14,503 nucleotides of DNA. Origin: Desulfurella sp. Lineage in GTDB: Bacteria; Campylobacterota_A; Desulfurellia; Desulfurellales; Desulfurellaceae. Below the pieces are notes generated by a model. The model saw only the letters and a list, made by a program, of their open reading frames with translations, did not search any database and was not told the origin of the DNA. The translations under genes were made by a program, and so were the position numbers. Shown here in pieces: positions 5,659 through 14,503 of this stretch. The stretch is taken from positions 1-14,503 of the forward strand of contig JAVRLY010000032.1 of NCBI GenBank assembly GCA_031960885.1, in the 5' to 3' direction. Position 1 is the stretch's first letter. Every line of letters starts with the position of its first letter.

Positions 5659-7988
5659 CAGCGAATTATACAGCAGAATCAATCAAAGTACTAAAAGGAC
5701 TAGATGGCGTAAGAAAAAGGCCAGCAATGTACATTGGGAATACTTCATCTGAAGGTTTACACCATCTTATATACGAAATAGTAGATAACTCCATAGATGA
5801 ATCTATGGCAGGATTTTGCGATAGCATTGAAGTCATAATACATAAAGATAATCTTGTAACAGTTAAAGATAATGGAAGAGGTATACCAACAGAAATACAC
5901 AAAGAAGAAAATATAAGTGCAGCCACATTAGTTTTAACGACATTGCACTCCGGCGGAAAATTTGATAACAAAAGTTATAAAGTTTCAGGTGGTCTACACG
6001 GAGTAGGTATAAGTGTAGTAAATGCTCTATCATCTTATTTAAAAATCGAAATCCATAGAGATGGTTTTATTTTTGAGCAAGAATTTGAAAGAGGTATTGC
6101 AATAAACGACCTTAAAAAAACAGGAACTTGCAATGACACAGGCACAATCGTTACATTTAAGCCAGATGATTTAATTTTTTCAACAACTGAATTTAATTAT
6201 GAAACGTTAGAAAGAAGATTACAAGAATTAGCTTTCTTAAATAAAAATACTACAATAAGTATAAAAGATGAAAGAACAAATAAGCAAAATACATTTCTAT
6301 ATGAAAAAGGTATAGTAGATTTTATAGACTACTTATGCAAAAATAAAGAACCTTTACTTGAAACCCCTATTTTAATAAATATAAATTATCAAAATACACA
6401 ACTTGAATGTGCTTTTACATATACAAAAAACTACGAACCAAGCATTCTATCTTTTGCAAACTCTATATTGACTCAAGAAGGTGGAATGCATTTATCGATT
6501 TTTAAAACAGTATTAACAAAAACAATAAACAACTATACTAAAAAAAACAACAATCTAAAAAATATCACATTAAGCGGAGAAGATTGCAGAGAAGGTTTAG
6601 TTGGAATAGTTTCAATTAAATTACCAAACCCAGAATTTGAAGGTCAAACAAAAACAAAACTAGGTAATTTAGATATAAAAGGTCAACTGCAAACTTTACT
6701 TTACGAAAAAATGAGCGACTATTTTGAAGAACATCCCAATGTTGTCAAAGTAATTTTAGAAAAAGCACTCTTAGCATATAATGCAAGAGAAGCAGCAAAA
6801 AACGCAAGAGAGCTTGTACGCAGAAAAACTGTTTTCGAAACAAAAAACTTACCTGGCAAATTAGCTGACTGTCAAGAAAAAGATCCAGAAAAAACAGAAA
6901 TATTTATAGTTGAAGGTGATTCCGCTGGAGGTAGTGCAAAACAAGCCCGAGATAGAAAATTTCAAGCAATACTGCCTATTAAAGGTAAAATTTTAAATAC
7001 TGAAAAATCAAACTTGCATAAAATACTATCAAATGAGGAAATAAAAAGTATTGTAGCTGCAATTGGTTGTAATATAGATAAAAACTTTAATATAAACGAT
7101 ATAAGATACCATAAAATTATCATTATGACAGATGCCGATGTTGATGGTAGCCATATTCAAACATTGCTATTAACATTTTTTTATAACTTTTTAAGACAAG
7201 TTATTGAAAAAGGTTTTTTATATATCGCCCAACCACCACTTTACAGAGTTAAATATGATTCTAACAGTAAATACTTTAAAGATGATGAAAATCTAAACTC
7301 ATTTTTAATTGATAGAGCTTTAAAAAAAGTATACTTCGATGTGGATTTTAATTTAAAAGATCTACTTTTACGATTTACAAACCTATCAAATATATTTGAT
7401 CAGTTCAAACAAGAAGAAAACAAAGAAAAATTTTTACACTATACCATTATTAATGGTATTAATACTGAGAACTTAAACCAAAATCTCGAAAAAATTAGAC
7501 TTTCTTTAAATCTAGAAAAAATAGAAGAATTTGACACAAATATTAAATGCTCATATATACAAGACAGACAACTAAAAGAATTTTACATCGATAAATCTAT
7601 ATTTACAAGCAAATTATATATAAAATTATCTGAATTTTATACACTTGAATCAAAAATAAAATTTCCTATAATTGCATTTATGCAAAATAAACAAGAAGAA
7701 AGTAGCAAAAACAAGATTGTATTTAATAATATACGCAGTATATTTAGTTTTATAGATGAAATTTCAAAAAAGGGTATAGAAATACAACGCTACAAAGGTT
7801 TAGGTGAGATGAACCCAGATCAATTATGGGAAACAACGATGAATCCGCAAAAGCGTACATTACATTTAGTAACAATTGATGACTTTAATGAAACAAAAAA
7901 AGTATTCGAATTACTAATGGGCGATAAAGTTGAACCTAGAAGAAAGTTTATAGAAGACAATGCTAAATTAGCAAACCTGGATGTGTAG
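5655..7988 (+). CDS. gyrB: DNA gyrase subunit B (long form with TOPRIM insertion)
   Basis: [93 protein letters not shown] overlap with recF. Confidence 0.98.
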   Translation: MTANYTAESIKVLKGLDGVRKRPAMYIGNTSSEGLHHLIYEIVDNSIDESMAGFCDSIEVIIHKDNLVTVKDNGRGIPTEIHKEENISAATLVLTTLHSGGKFDNKSYKVSGGLHGVGISVVNALSSYLKIEIHRDGFIFEQEFERGIAINDLKKTGTCNDTGTIVTFKPDDLIFSTTEFNYETLERRLQELAFLNKNTTISIKDERTNKQNTFLYEKGIVDFIDYLCKNKEPLLETPILININYQNTQLECAFTYTKNYEPSILSFANSILTQEGGMHLSIFKTVLTKTINNYTKKNNNLKNITLSGEDCREGLVGIVSIKLPNPEFEGQTKTKLGNLDIKGQLQTLLYEKMSDYFEEHPNVVKVILEKALLAYNAREAAKNARELVRRKTVFETKNLPGKLADCQEKDPEKTEIFIVEGDSAGGSAKQARDRKFQAILPIKGKILNTEKSNLHKILSNEEIKSIVAAIGCNIDKNFNINDIRYHKIIIMTDADVDGSHIQTLLLTFFYNFLRQVIEKGFLYIAQPPLYRVKYDSNSKYFKDDENLNSFLIDRALKKVYFDVDFNLKDLLLRFTNLSNIFDQFKQEENKEKFLHYTIINGINTENLNQNLEKIRLSLNLEKIEEFDTNIKCSYIQDRQLKEFYIDKSIFTSKLYIKLSEFYTLESKIKFPIIAFMQNKQEESSKNKIVFNNIRSIFSFIDEISKKGIEIQRYKGLGEMNPDQLWETTMNPQKRTLHLVTIDDFNETKKVFELLMGDKVEPRRKFIEDNAKLANLDV

Positions 7989-7989
7989 T

Positions 7990-10413
7990 ATGAAAGATTT
8001 ATTTAGCGATATCGTACAAACAAATATAATTGATACAATGAAAAAATCCTATATTGACTACTCGATGAGTGTTATTGTAGGAAGGGCTTTGCCTGATGCT
8101 AGAGACGGCCTAAAACCAGTACACAGAAGAATACTATATGCTGCATACGAGTTGGATTTATTTCACAACAAACCTTATAAAAAAAGCGCCAGAGTGGTTG
8201 GTGATGTTATTGGTAAATATCATCCGCATGGAGATACAAGCGTATATGAAGCTATGGTTAGAATGAGTCAAGAATTTACCATGAGATACCCGCTAATTGA
8301 TGGTCAGGGCAATTTTGGCTCAATAGACGGTGACAGCCCAGCTGCTATGAGATACACAGAAGTTAGATTATCAAAAATTGCAGAAGAACTTTTAAAAGAT
8401 TTAGATAAACAAACTGTTGATTTTCTCTCAAACTACGATGAAAGTTTAAAAGAGCCATCCGTTTTACCTTCTATGATACCGAACCTATTAATTAATGGTT
8501 CTTCTGGTATAGCTGTAGGTATGGCAACAAATATTGCACCACATAATCTTAACGAAGTAATAGAAGCTTTACTCTATTATATAGATAATAAAAGGGATGT
8601 ACAAATTTCTGAGTTATTACAATTTATAAAGGGTCCTGATTTTCCAACAGGCGCTATCGTAATGTGTGACAATCTTGAAGATATTTATAAAAAGGGAACA
8701 GGAAAGATAAAGATACGCTCTTTAGCAAAAATTGAAAAAGTTGGGAACAAAAATGTTATTATTGTCGAAGAAATTCCATATCAAGTAAATAAAGCTAATT
8801 TAATTAAAGACATTGCTTTGCTTGTAAAAGACAAACAAATCGAAGGCATAAGCGATTTAAGAGATGAGTCAAATAAAGAAGGTATAAGAATTGTTATTGA
8901 ACTAAAATCTTCAGAACAACCAGAAGTTATATTAAATAATTTATATAAATTAAGCAATTTAGAGATAAGTTTTAGTATTAATAATCTATGTTTGGTTGAT
9001 AATATACCAAAAGTTTTATCATTAAAAGAGTATTTTAATGTATTTTTAGATTTTAGAGAACAAATAATAAAAAGGCGCACTATCTATCTATTAAACATTG
9101 CAAAAGAGCGTATTCATATACTTGAAGGTTTAAAAATTGCTGTAAGTAATATTGATGAAGTCATAAAGATTATCAAACAATCAAAAACACCTCAATTAGC
9201 TAGCGTTCAGTTAAAGACTCACTTTAATTTAAGCGATAAACAAGCTAATGCTATTTTAGAAATGAGACTATCTCGTTTAACAGGTTTAGAAATTGAAAAA
9301 CTTGAAAAAGAATACAATGAAATAGTAGAAAAAATAAATAATTATGAAAAAATTTTAGGTAATTATGATGAACTACTTTCTATGATAAAAAGCGAACTTA
9401 TGTATATAAAAGAACACTATTCTGATAAACGTAAAACACAGATTGTAGGAAAACTTGAAGAAATAAATAAAGAAGATCTAATAAAGCAAGAAAGATTGTT
9501 AGTAACATTTTCGCACAAAGGATATATAAAATCCATACCTCTGTCTTTTTACAATGTACAATCAAGAGGTGGCAAGGGGCGTATTACTGCAACTTTTTCA
9601 GAGGATGATTATATTTTAGATTGTTTAGTGGTTGATAGTTTGGATTATATACTGATGTTTTCTAATTTAGGTAGAATTTACTCAATGAAAGCTTACGAAA
9701 TACCAAAATCTAGCAATTATTCCAAAGGAAAAGCCATAGTGAATCTTCTAAATTTAAAAAATGGTGAGCATATAAAATCTATAAGCGCTTATAAGCCGGG
9801 AAATGATTATGTTTTAGTGACACAAAAGGGTATTGTTAAAAGAATATCTTCTGATAATTTTACAGATGTTAAAGGAAATGGTAGAACAATTATTTCTCTA
9901 AAAGACGATAAGCTAGTTGCTGTCATACCTGATGTGCCGCAAATATGCGACATTGTAATATGTACATCACTTGGACAAACAGTAAGATTTGACATAGGAA
10001 ATGTCCGTCAAATGGGTAGAAGCGCCTATGGTGTAAAAGGTATAAGATTATTAAATAACGATTATGTCGTATCTGGTTTCAAAGTGCAGAAAGAAAATGA
10101 AAAAATAGTATTAATTACACAGTATGGTATAGCAAAAATAATACCAGCAGATAGTATAAGAAAAGTGTCTCGCGGTGCAAAAGGTGTAAAAATTATCAAA
10201 CTCAAAGGCGACGATCGATTAGTTGATGTTGAGGGAGTTGAAGAAAATAGTGAAATTTTAATAACAACAAAGTTTGGAAAGATGATTAGGATAGATTCAA
10301 ACCAATTTAGGGAAATGTCACGACATGCATACGGTGTAAAAGCTATCGTCTTAGATGAAGGAGACTCTGTGGTGAAAGTCAATGTTACAAAAGACCAATA
10401 TTGCAATATCTGA
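7990..10413 (+). CDS. gyrA: DNA gyrase subunit A (start ATG 7990 preferred; ATG 7981 is an alternative)
   Basis: [29 protein letters not shown] (catalytic Tyr), GyrA-box QSRGGKG and C-terminal beta-pinwheel repeats ([30 protein letters not shown]). Confidence 0.98.
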   Translation: MKDLFSDIVQTNIIDTMKKSYIDYSMSVIVGRALPDARDGLKPVHRRILYAAYELDLFHNKPYKKSARVVGDVIGKYHPHGDTSVYEAMVRMSQEFTMRYPLIDGQGNFGSIDGDSPAAMRYTEVRLSKIAEELLKDLDKQTVDFLSNYDESLKEPSVLPSMIPNLLINGSSGIAVGMATNIAPHNLNEVIEALLYYIDNKRDVQISELLQFIKGPDFPTGAIVMCDNLEDIYKKGTGKIKIRSLAKIEKVGNKNVIIVEEIPYQVNKANLIKDIALLVKDKQIEGISDLRDESNKEGIRIVIELKSSEQPEVILNNLYKLSNLEISFSINNLCLVDNIPKVLSLKEYFNVFLDFREQIIKRRTIYLLNIAKERIHILEGLKIAVSNIDEVIKIIKQSKTPQLASVQLKTHFNLSDKQANAILEMRLSRLTGLEIEKLEKEYNEIVEKINNYEKILGNYDELLSMIKSELMYIKEHYSDKRKTQIVGKLEEINKEDLIKQERLLVTFSHKGYIKSIPLSFYNVQSRGGKGRITATFSEDDYILDCLVVDSLDYILMFSNLGRIYSMKAYEIPKSSNYSKGKAIVNLLNLKNGEHIKSISAYKPGNDYVLVTQKGIVKRISSDNFTDVKGNGRTIISLKDDKLVAVIPDVPQICDIVICTSLGQTVRFDIGNVRQMGRSAYGVKGIRLLNNDYVVSGFKVQKENEKIVLITQYGIAKIIPADSIRKVSRGAKGVKIIKLKGDDRLVDVEGVEENSEILITTKFGKMIRIDSNQFREMSRHAYGVKAIVLDEGDSVVKVNVTKDQYCNI

Positions 10414-11329
10414 TATACAAATTATTATAAAAAATATAGACGAGTTTTTATTTAATATTAAAAGCGAAAGCATGCTTTTAGATAAAATAATCAATCATAT
10501 ATCTGGTGGAAAGCATTTAAGGCCACTGCTTGTTATTTCAAGTGCAAGAAGTTTGGGTTTTAACAATGAAGACATTCTACTTCAATGCGCTTGCATTGTA
10601 GAATATATTCATATAGCAAGCTTGTTGCACGATGATGTCATTGATGAGGCAAAAAAACGCAGGGGAAAAGATAGCATAAATAGTGTCTATGGTAATAGAG
10701 TTGCTATTATGAGCGGCGATTATCTGTATTCTCTGGCGTATAACAAGATTTTAGATATTGATATTGATATAGCAAAAGAAATTTCAAAAGCAGCTTACAA
10801 TTTGGCACTTGGTGAAATTTTAGAAATAGAGAATGTTTCTAAGATAATAGATCAAGAAAAATATTTTGATATAATCTACAAAAAGACGGCAAGTTTGATT
10901 GAAAGCTCATGCACAAGCGGCTGTTTGCTTACAAAAAATACAAGTGAGGTGGAACATTTTAGACAATACGGTTTAAATTTGGGTTTAGCATTTCAAATTA
11001 AAGATGATTTAATGGATTATACAAATACAGATATTGGTAAAGACAATTACAATGATATACAAGAAGGCAAAATTACACTACCCCTGATACTCGCTTTAAA
11101 TAAAGACCCACGCTTGGAGTACCATATAGTTGAGTATTTTAAAACAAAACAAGATGAACATAAAAACTACTGTATTGCTTCTTGTATAGAATATGGTTTT
11201 GAAGAGGCTTTTGATATTGCAAAACAAAAGGCCCAGTTAGCAAAGCAACATATACAGCACTTAAAAGATTCAATTTATAAAGACATCTTGATGTTTTTGG
11301 CAGATTATTCTGTGTCTAGAGAAAAATAG
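10382..11329 (+). CDS. Long-chain trans-polyprenyl diphosphate synthase (IspB/HepT-like)
   Basis: GGKHLRP, first Asp-rich motif [14 protein letters not shown] (small Ala five residues before it suggests a long-chain product), GDYL, KTASL, second motif [19 protein letters not shown]. Confidence 0.9.
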   Translation: MLQKTNIAISDIQIIIKNIDEFLFNIKSESMLLDKIINHISGGKHLRPLLVISSARSLGFNNEDILLQCACIVEYIHIASLLHDDVIDEAKKRRGKDSINSVYGNRVAIMSGDYLYSLAYNKILDIDIDIAKEISKAAYNLALGEILEIENVSKIIDQEKYFDIIYKKTASLIESSCTSGCLLTKNTSEVEHFRQYGLNLGLAFQIKDDLMDYTNTDIGKDNYNDIQEGKITLPLILALNKDPRLEYHIVEYFKTKQDEHKNYCIASCIEYGFEEAFDIAKQKAQLAKQHIQHLKDSIYKDILMFLADYSVSREK

Positions 11330-11331
11330 CA

Positions 11332-12639
11332 ATGATGCAAAATTTAGATTTAAGTATCGATAATCTATATATTGTAGGTTTAAACTGGAAGACAGCACCT
11401 TTAAAAGCGAGGGAATCTTTTGTATTTGAGGGCGCTTTAATACCTGAGAGGTCAAAAGATATTAAAGAAGCATTTGATATCAGCGAGATTATGATACTAT
11501 CAACATGTAATAGGACAGAAATAGTCGTTGTTTCGAAACATAATCCTATAGAATTATTAATACAATATATGGCAAATTACGCAAGATTAGATACACAAGA
11601 AGTAAAAAGATATATCTATACGAAACATTCAATTGATGCTGTGCGTCATATATTTGAACTCTCATGTGGCTTAGATTCGCAAGTTATTGGCGAGACGCAA
11701 ATCTTGAGTCAATTAAAAGATGCATACCGCACAACTGTTGTATATAACCTAAGTGGTGCTATATTAAATAGAATTATGCGCAAAGCTTTTACAGTAGCGA
11801 AAATTGTTCGAAGCCAAACTGATATACAAAAAGGTCATTTATCCATTGCTAGCCTTGCAAGTAGTATTGCTGAAAAGTCTTTTGGTGTAAGTAGTAAAAA
11901 AGTTCTTATTATAGGTAGTGGAGAGATGGCACGCTTGTCTGCTAAATATTTTTTTGATAAGGGTGCTAGTATAGAGTATATTGCCAATCGAAGAACCTAC
12001 ATGTGTGATTTCGCACAAAATTACAATTCACAAATAGTTGGTTTAGATGATGTACGTAGGTTATTTGAATTCGTCGATATAGTAGTATCATGTATTTATA
12101 CACCAAAGCCTATAATTGAAAACATTGATATAAATAAAAAGATTTTACTAATGGATTTATCAGTGCCTTCATCAATTAGTGTAGAATTAAAGCAGAACCC
12201 AAATGTTGTGCTGTTTAATATAGACGATTTAAAGAATAACTTTGAAAATAATCTTTTATCTAAACAAGAAAGTGTTGAATTATCAAAAAGAATGATCGAT
12301 GAGCAACTAAACGCCTTTATAGAAGAAAACAATTCTCTAGATTATAGTAAAACTATAGATACATTAAGACAATATGCTGATAGAATAAGAAAAATCGAAT
12401 TAAAAAAATTTCAAAAAAAATACAATACCGATAATGAACTGCTTGATGCTATAGATAAACTAACACGTTCAATTTTAAACAAGACGCTGCATGAACCAAC
12501 TTCAAAAATTAGGCAATTTATTAAAGAACCAGAGGGCGATATGTACGTAGAGCTAATAAAGAGGTTATTTAATGTAAGCACTGATAAAAAACCTGTTAAT
12601 TGTTTTTTTTCGGCAAATCCTGACAATGAAAATAATTAA
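11332..12639 (+). CDS. hemA: Glutamyl-tRNA reductase
   Basis: VGLNWKTAP..ARE, LSTCNRTE (catalytic Cys), GLDSQVIGETQI, GSGEMA (NADPH binding), DLSVP, LHEPT. Confidence 0.96.
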   Translation: MMQNLDLSIDNLYIVGLNWKTAPLKARESFVFEGALIPERSKDIKEAFDISEIMILSTCNRTEIVVVSKHNPIELLIQYMANYARLDTQEVKRYIYTKHSIDAVRHIFELSCGLDSQVIGETQILSQLKDAYRTTVVYNLSGAILNRIMRKAFTVAKIVRSQTDIQKGHLSIASLASSIAEKSFGVSSKKVLIIGSGEMARLSAKYFFDKGASIEYIANRRTYMCDFAQNYNSQIVGLDDVRRLFEFVDIVVSCIYTPKPIIENIDINKKILLMDLSVPSSISVELKQNPNVVLFNIDDLKNNFENNLLSKQESVELSKRMIDEQLNAFIEENNSLDYSKTIDTLRQYADRIRKIELKKFQKKYNTDNELLDAIDKLTRSILNKTLHEPTSKIRQFIKEPEGDMYVELIKRLFNVSTDKKPVNCFFSANPDNENN

Positions 12640-13480
12640 AATAGGTACGAGAAAATCAAAACTAGCAATGTGGCAAGCCCAATATGTTGCGAAACTATTG
12701 GGGGAAAAGGGCTATGCATGCGAGATTATTGGTATTACTACGCTTGGTGATAAAACGGATAAGCCTTTATACGATATTGGCGGCAAGGGTTTGTTTACAA
12801 GTACCTTAGAAGAAGCGCTTGAAAAAAACACAATCGATATAGCTGTGCATAGCGTAAAGGACTTAAGCGTTAATTTAAGCGATAAATTGCCTTTGAAATT
12901 TGTTTTAAAAAGGGATTCCCATAAAGATTGTTTGGTAAGTTTTAGTGGCGATTTAACTAAACTAAAACCAAACGCTGTAATTGGCTCGACATCTCTAAGA
13001 AGGCGCATCCAACTATCCAATATCAGAAAAGACCTTGTATTTGTAGATTTTAGAGGTAATTTAGATACTAGGTTAGAAAAGCTCAAAAAAGGTTTGGTTG
13101 ATGCAATCGTTGTATCCAAATCTGGACTTCTAAGGCTTGGGTTATATGACGAAAATCATTGTTTTGATTTGGATATAGTGCCAAGTGCCGCCCAAGGTGT
13201 TATTGGCATACAAACGCGCGTTTTTGAGTTTGATGAACTGAAATTTTTAGATGATGAGCTTACACATATGTGTGTAAATGTAGAAAGGGCATTTGTAAAA
13301 GCGCTTAATGCATCGTGCAATTTTCCTATTGGCTCTTATGCATATATGAAAAATGGCCAGTTTTGTTTAAAAACTATGTATGCAGATCCAGTTACTTTAA
13401 AAACTATTGAGTGTTTTAGGTGTTCTGCGCCTAATCAGGCTTTAGAAGAATGTATAGAATATACAAAAGCCAATCTGTAA
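12626..13480 (+). CDS. hemC: Hydroxymethylbilane synthase (porphobilinogen deaminase)
   Basis: IGTRKSKLAMWQA, GGKGLFT, DIAVHSVKD, GSTSLRR, RGNLDTRL, ERAF..ALNASCNFPIG (cofactor-binding Cys). Confidence 0.96.
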   Translation: MKIIKIGTRKSKLAMWQAQYVAKLLGEKGYACEIIGITTLGDKTDKPLYDIGGKGLFTSTLEEALEKNTIDIAVHSVKDLSVNLSDKLPLKFVLKRDSHKDCLVSFSGDLTKLKPNAVIGSTSLRRRIQLSNIRKDLVFVDFRGNLDTRLEKLKKGLVDAIVVSKSGLLRLGLYDENHCFDLDIVPSAAQGVIGIQTRVFEFDELKFLDDELTHMCVNVERAFVKALNASCNFPIGSYAYMKNGQFCLKTMYADPVTLKTIECFRCSAPNQALEECIEYTKANL

Positions 13481-14295
13481 TGTACATAGATATTGATTGC
13501 GATATAGGTTTAGAGTTTTTTCCGTATATTGAAAAAACTGCATATTTTGAAAATAATGTGCATAAAAAGTTTATACTAAAGGCACTAAATAAGACTCAAA
13601 ACATGCATGAAGCGCAAGTTATAGTGAAAACTGCAACAGATTGCACAAATACTAAACCAAAGATTTTATTTTGTGCTAATAGGCAAGATTTAATTGAATA
13701 CACTACTATTTTTGATAGTATGTTTGATATTTGTCCTGTTAGCGTATTTGAGTTTGAAGCTACCCATTTTACAATACCACCAATAGAGATTAAAAAAGTA
13801 TTTTTTTCAAGCAAAAGGGCCTTTGATTTTTTTATTAGAAAAGCAGGCATAAATTATCTATGCGATAAAAAAATACTTGCAGTGGGGAAAAAAACTGCTC
13901 AAGATATAGAACGATTTGGTTTTAGCGTAACATATCCTGATGTGTATCGCTCAAGCGAGCTTGATTTAAAAAATGTTCTTGTTGTATGCCCAAAAGAGCA
14001 TGCATTATACGATAAAGACGCTATAGTATTGGAAGTTTATAAAACCAAAATATCAAGCGATATAGATTATTACACTTATGATTGCGATTTTGATTTTGCA
14101 ATGTTTACAAGCCCATTGAGTTTTGAGTTTTTAAGACAAGCGGGTTTTGAAGATTATATAAAACGTGTCAAAAAAGGCATTATCTGCATAGGTACATCAA
14201 CGCAAAAAGCAGTAGAAAAATTTGGATATTCTTGTATAATACCCCAAGAATTTACTATTGAAGGCATGTTTAAACTGTTGGAGGCACAATATTGA
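13480..14295 (+). CDS. hemD: Uroporphyrinogen-III synthase with N-terminal extension (start ATG 13480 by TAATG overlap with hemC; 13450 is an alternative)
   Basis: VFFSSKRAFDFF, AVGKKTAQDI..FGF, EVYKT, FTSPLS, CIGTSTQKAV..FG, P.EFTIEGM. Position directly after hemC. Confidence 0.85.
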   Translation: MYIDIDCDIGLEFFPYIEKTAYFENNVHKKFILKALNKTQNMHEAQVIVKTATDCTNTKPKILFCANRQDLIEYTTIFDSMFDICPVSVFEFEATHFTIPPIEIKKVFFSSKRAFDFFIRKAGINYLCDKKILAVGKKTAQDIERFGFSVTYPDVYRSSELDLKNVLVVCPKEHALYDKDAIVLEVYKTKISSDIDYYTYDCDFDFAMFTSPLSFEFLRQAGFEDYIKRVKKGIICIGTSTQKAVEKFGYSCIIPQEFTIEGMFKLLEAQY

Positions 14296-14503
14296 ATACA
14301 AAAGAATTAGAGGAATTTTCCAAAGAATTAAGAAAAGCTATACTGATTTCTTTAAATGTAGCAAGAAGCGGACACAGTGGGGGGAGTTTAAGCTCAATTG
14401 ATATACTAAATGCACTTTACTTTGGCGGTATTTTAAATATTGACCCTAAAGACCCAAAAAATCCAAATAACGATAGGTTTGTACTATCAAAAGGCCATGC
14501 AGC
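14292..14503 (+). CDS. Transketolase, N-terminal (TPP-binding) region; runs off the window end
   Basis: Not in the supplied track. TTG at 14292 (TTGA overlap with hemD), SD GGAGG at 14280-14284. Translates MNTKELEEFSKELRKAILISLNVARSGHSGGSLSSIDILNALYFGGILNIDPKDPKNPNNDRFVLSKGHA (SGHxGGSLS and DRFVLSKGHA motifs). Confidence 0.92.
   Translation, partial: MNTKELEEFSKELRKAILISLNVARSGHSGGSLSSIDILNALYFGGILNIDPKDPKNPNNDRFVLSKGHA

Noticed and set aside
7250..7770. Low-similarity segment in GyrB as an intein or mobile insertion
   Set aside because: Its position and size fit the known TOPRIM-domain insert of long-form GyrB, and it has no intein terminal or LAGLIDADG motifs.
8221..8256. Gyr[15 protein letters not shown] as a quinolone-resistance allele
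   Set aside because: Thr at the 83-equivalent and Glu at the 87-equivalent positions are wild-type residues in many susceptible bacteria.
7981..10413. Possibility that gyrB/gyrA are topoisomerase IV parE/parC
   Set aside because: The GyrA-box (QSRGGKG), the full C-terminal pinwheel and the origin-proximal location indicate gyrase.
883..13850. All minus-strand ORFs in the track (e.g. 3969-4322, 5666-5971, 10062-10406, 12712-13119)
   Set aside because: They are antisense shadows of conserved + strand genes, rich in S/F/L/I as expected from reverse-complemented A-rich codons, with no motifs.
1..14503. tRNA, rRNA, SRP RNA, CRISPR arrays, IS elements and strong intrinsic terminators
   Set aside because: I saw no intergenic room, GC-rich stems, regularly spaced repeats or transposase motifs by eye. 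A covariance-model search was not run.

Overview
A low-GC (roughly 30% by eye) bacterial chromosomal segment spanning the probable replication origin. All genes are on the + strand and tightly packed: ffh (5'-truncated)-rpsP-khpA-trmD-rplS-yraN-YuiH-like molybdopterin oxidoreductase-dnaA-[oriC]-recF (divergent)-gyrB-gyrA-long-chain polyprenyl synthase-hemA-hemC-hemD-transketolase N-terminal part (3'-truncated). I found no RNA genes, mobile elements or CRISPR arrays. The most notable signal is an apparently rewired initiation system. The dnaA-recF spacer holds six 9-mers matching TTWTN(A/G)ACA, so every box departs from the canonical TTWTNCACA at the same position. The DnaA box-reading helix is also altered (RDHTTV to KSHATI, SLPEIG to SLSEIK). 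A DnaA-trio array and an AT-rich tract follow the boxes. dnaA appears to be a leaderless transcript, its domain II linker is almost absent, and dnaN and rimM are missing from their usual positions. recF and yraN have no ATG/GTG/TTG upstream of their conserved N-termini. Composition and gene content suggest a Desulfurella-like organism, but that is an unverified guess.
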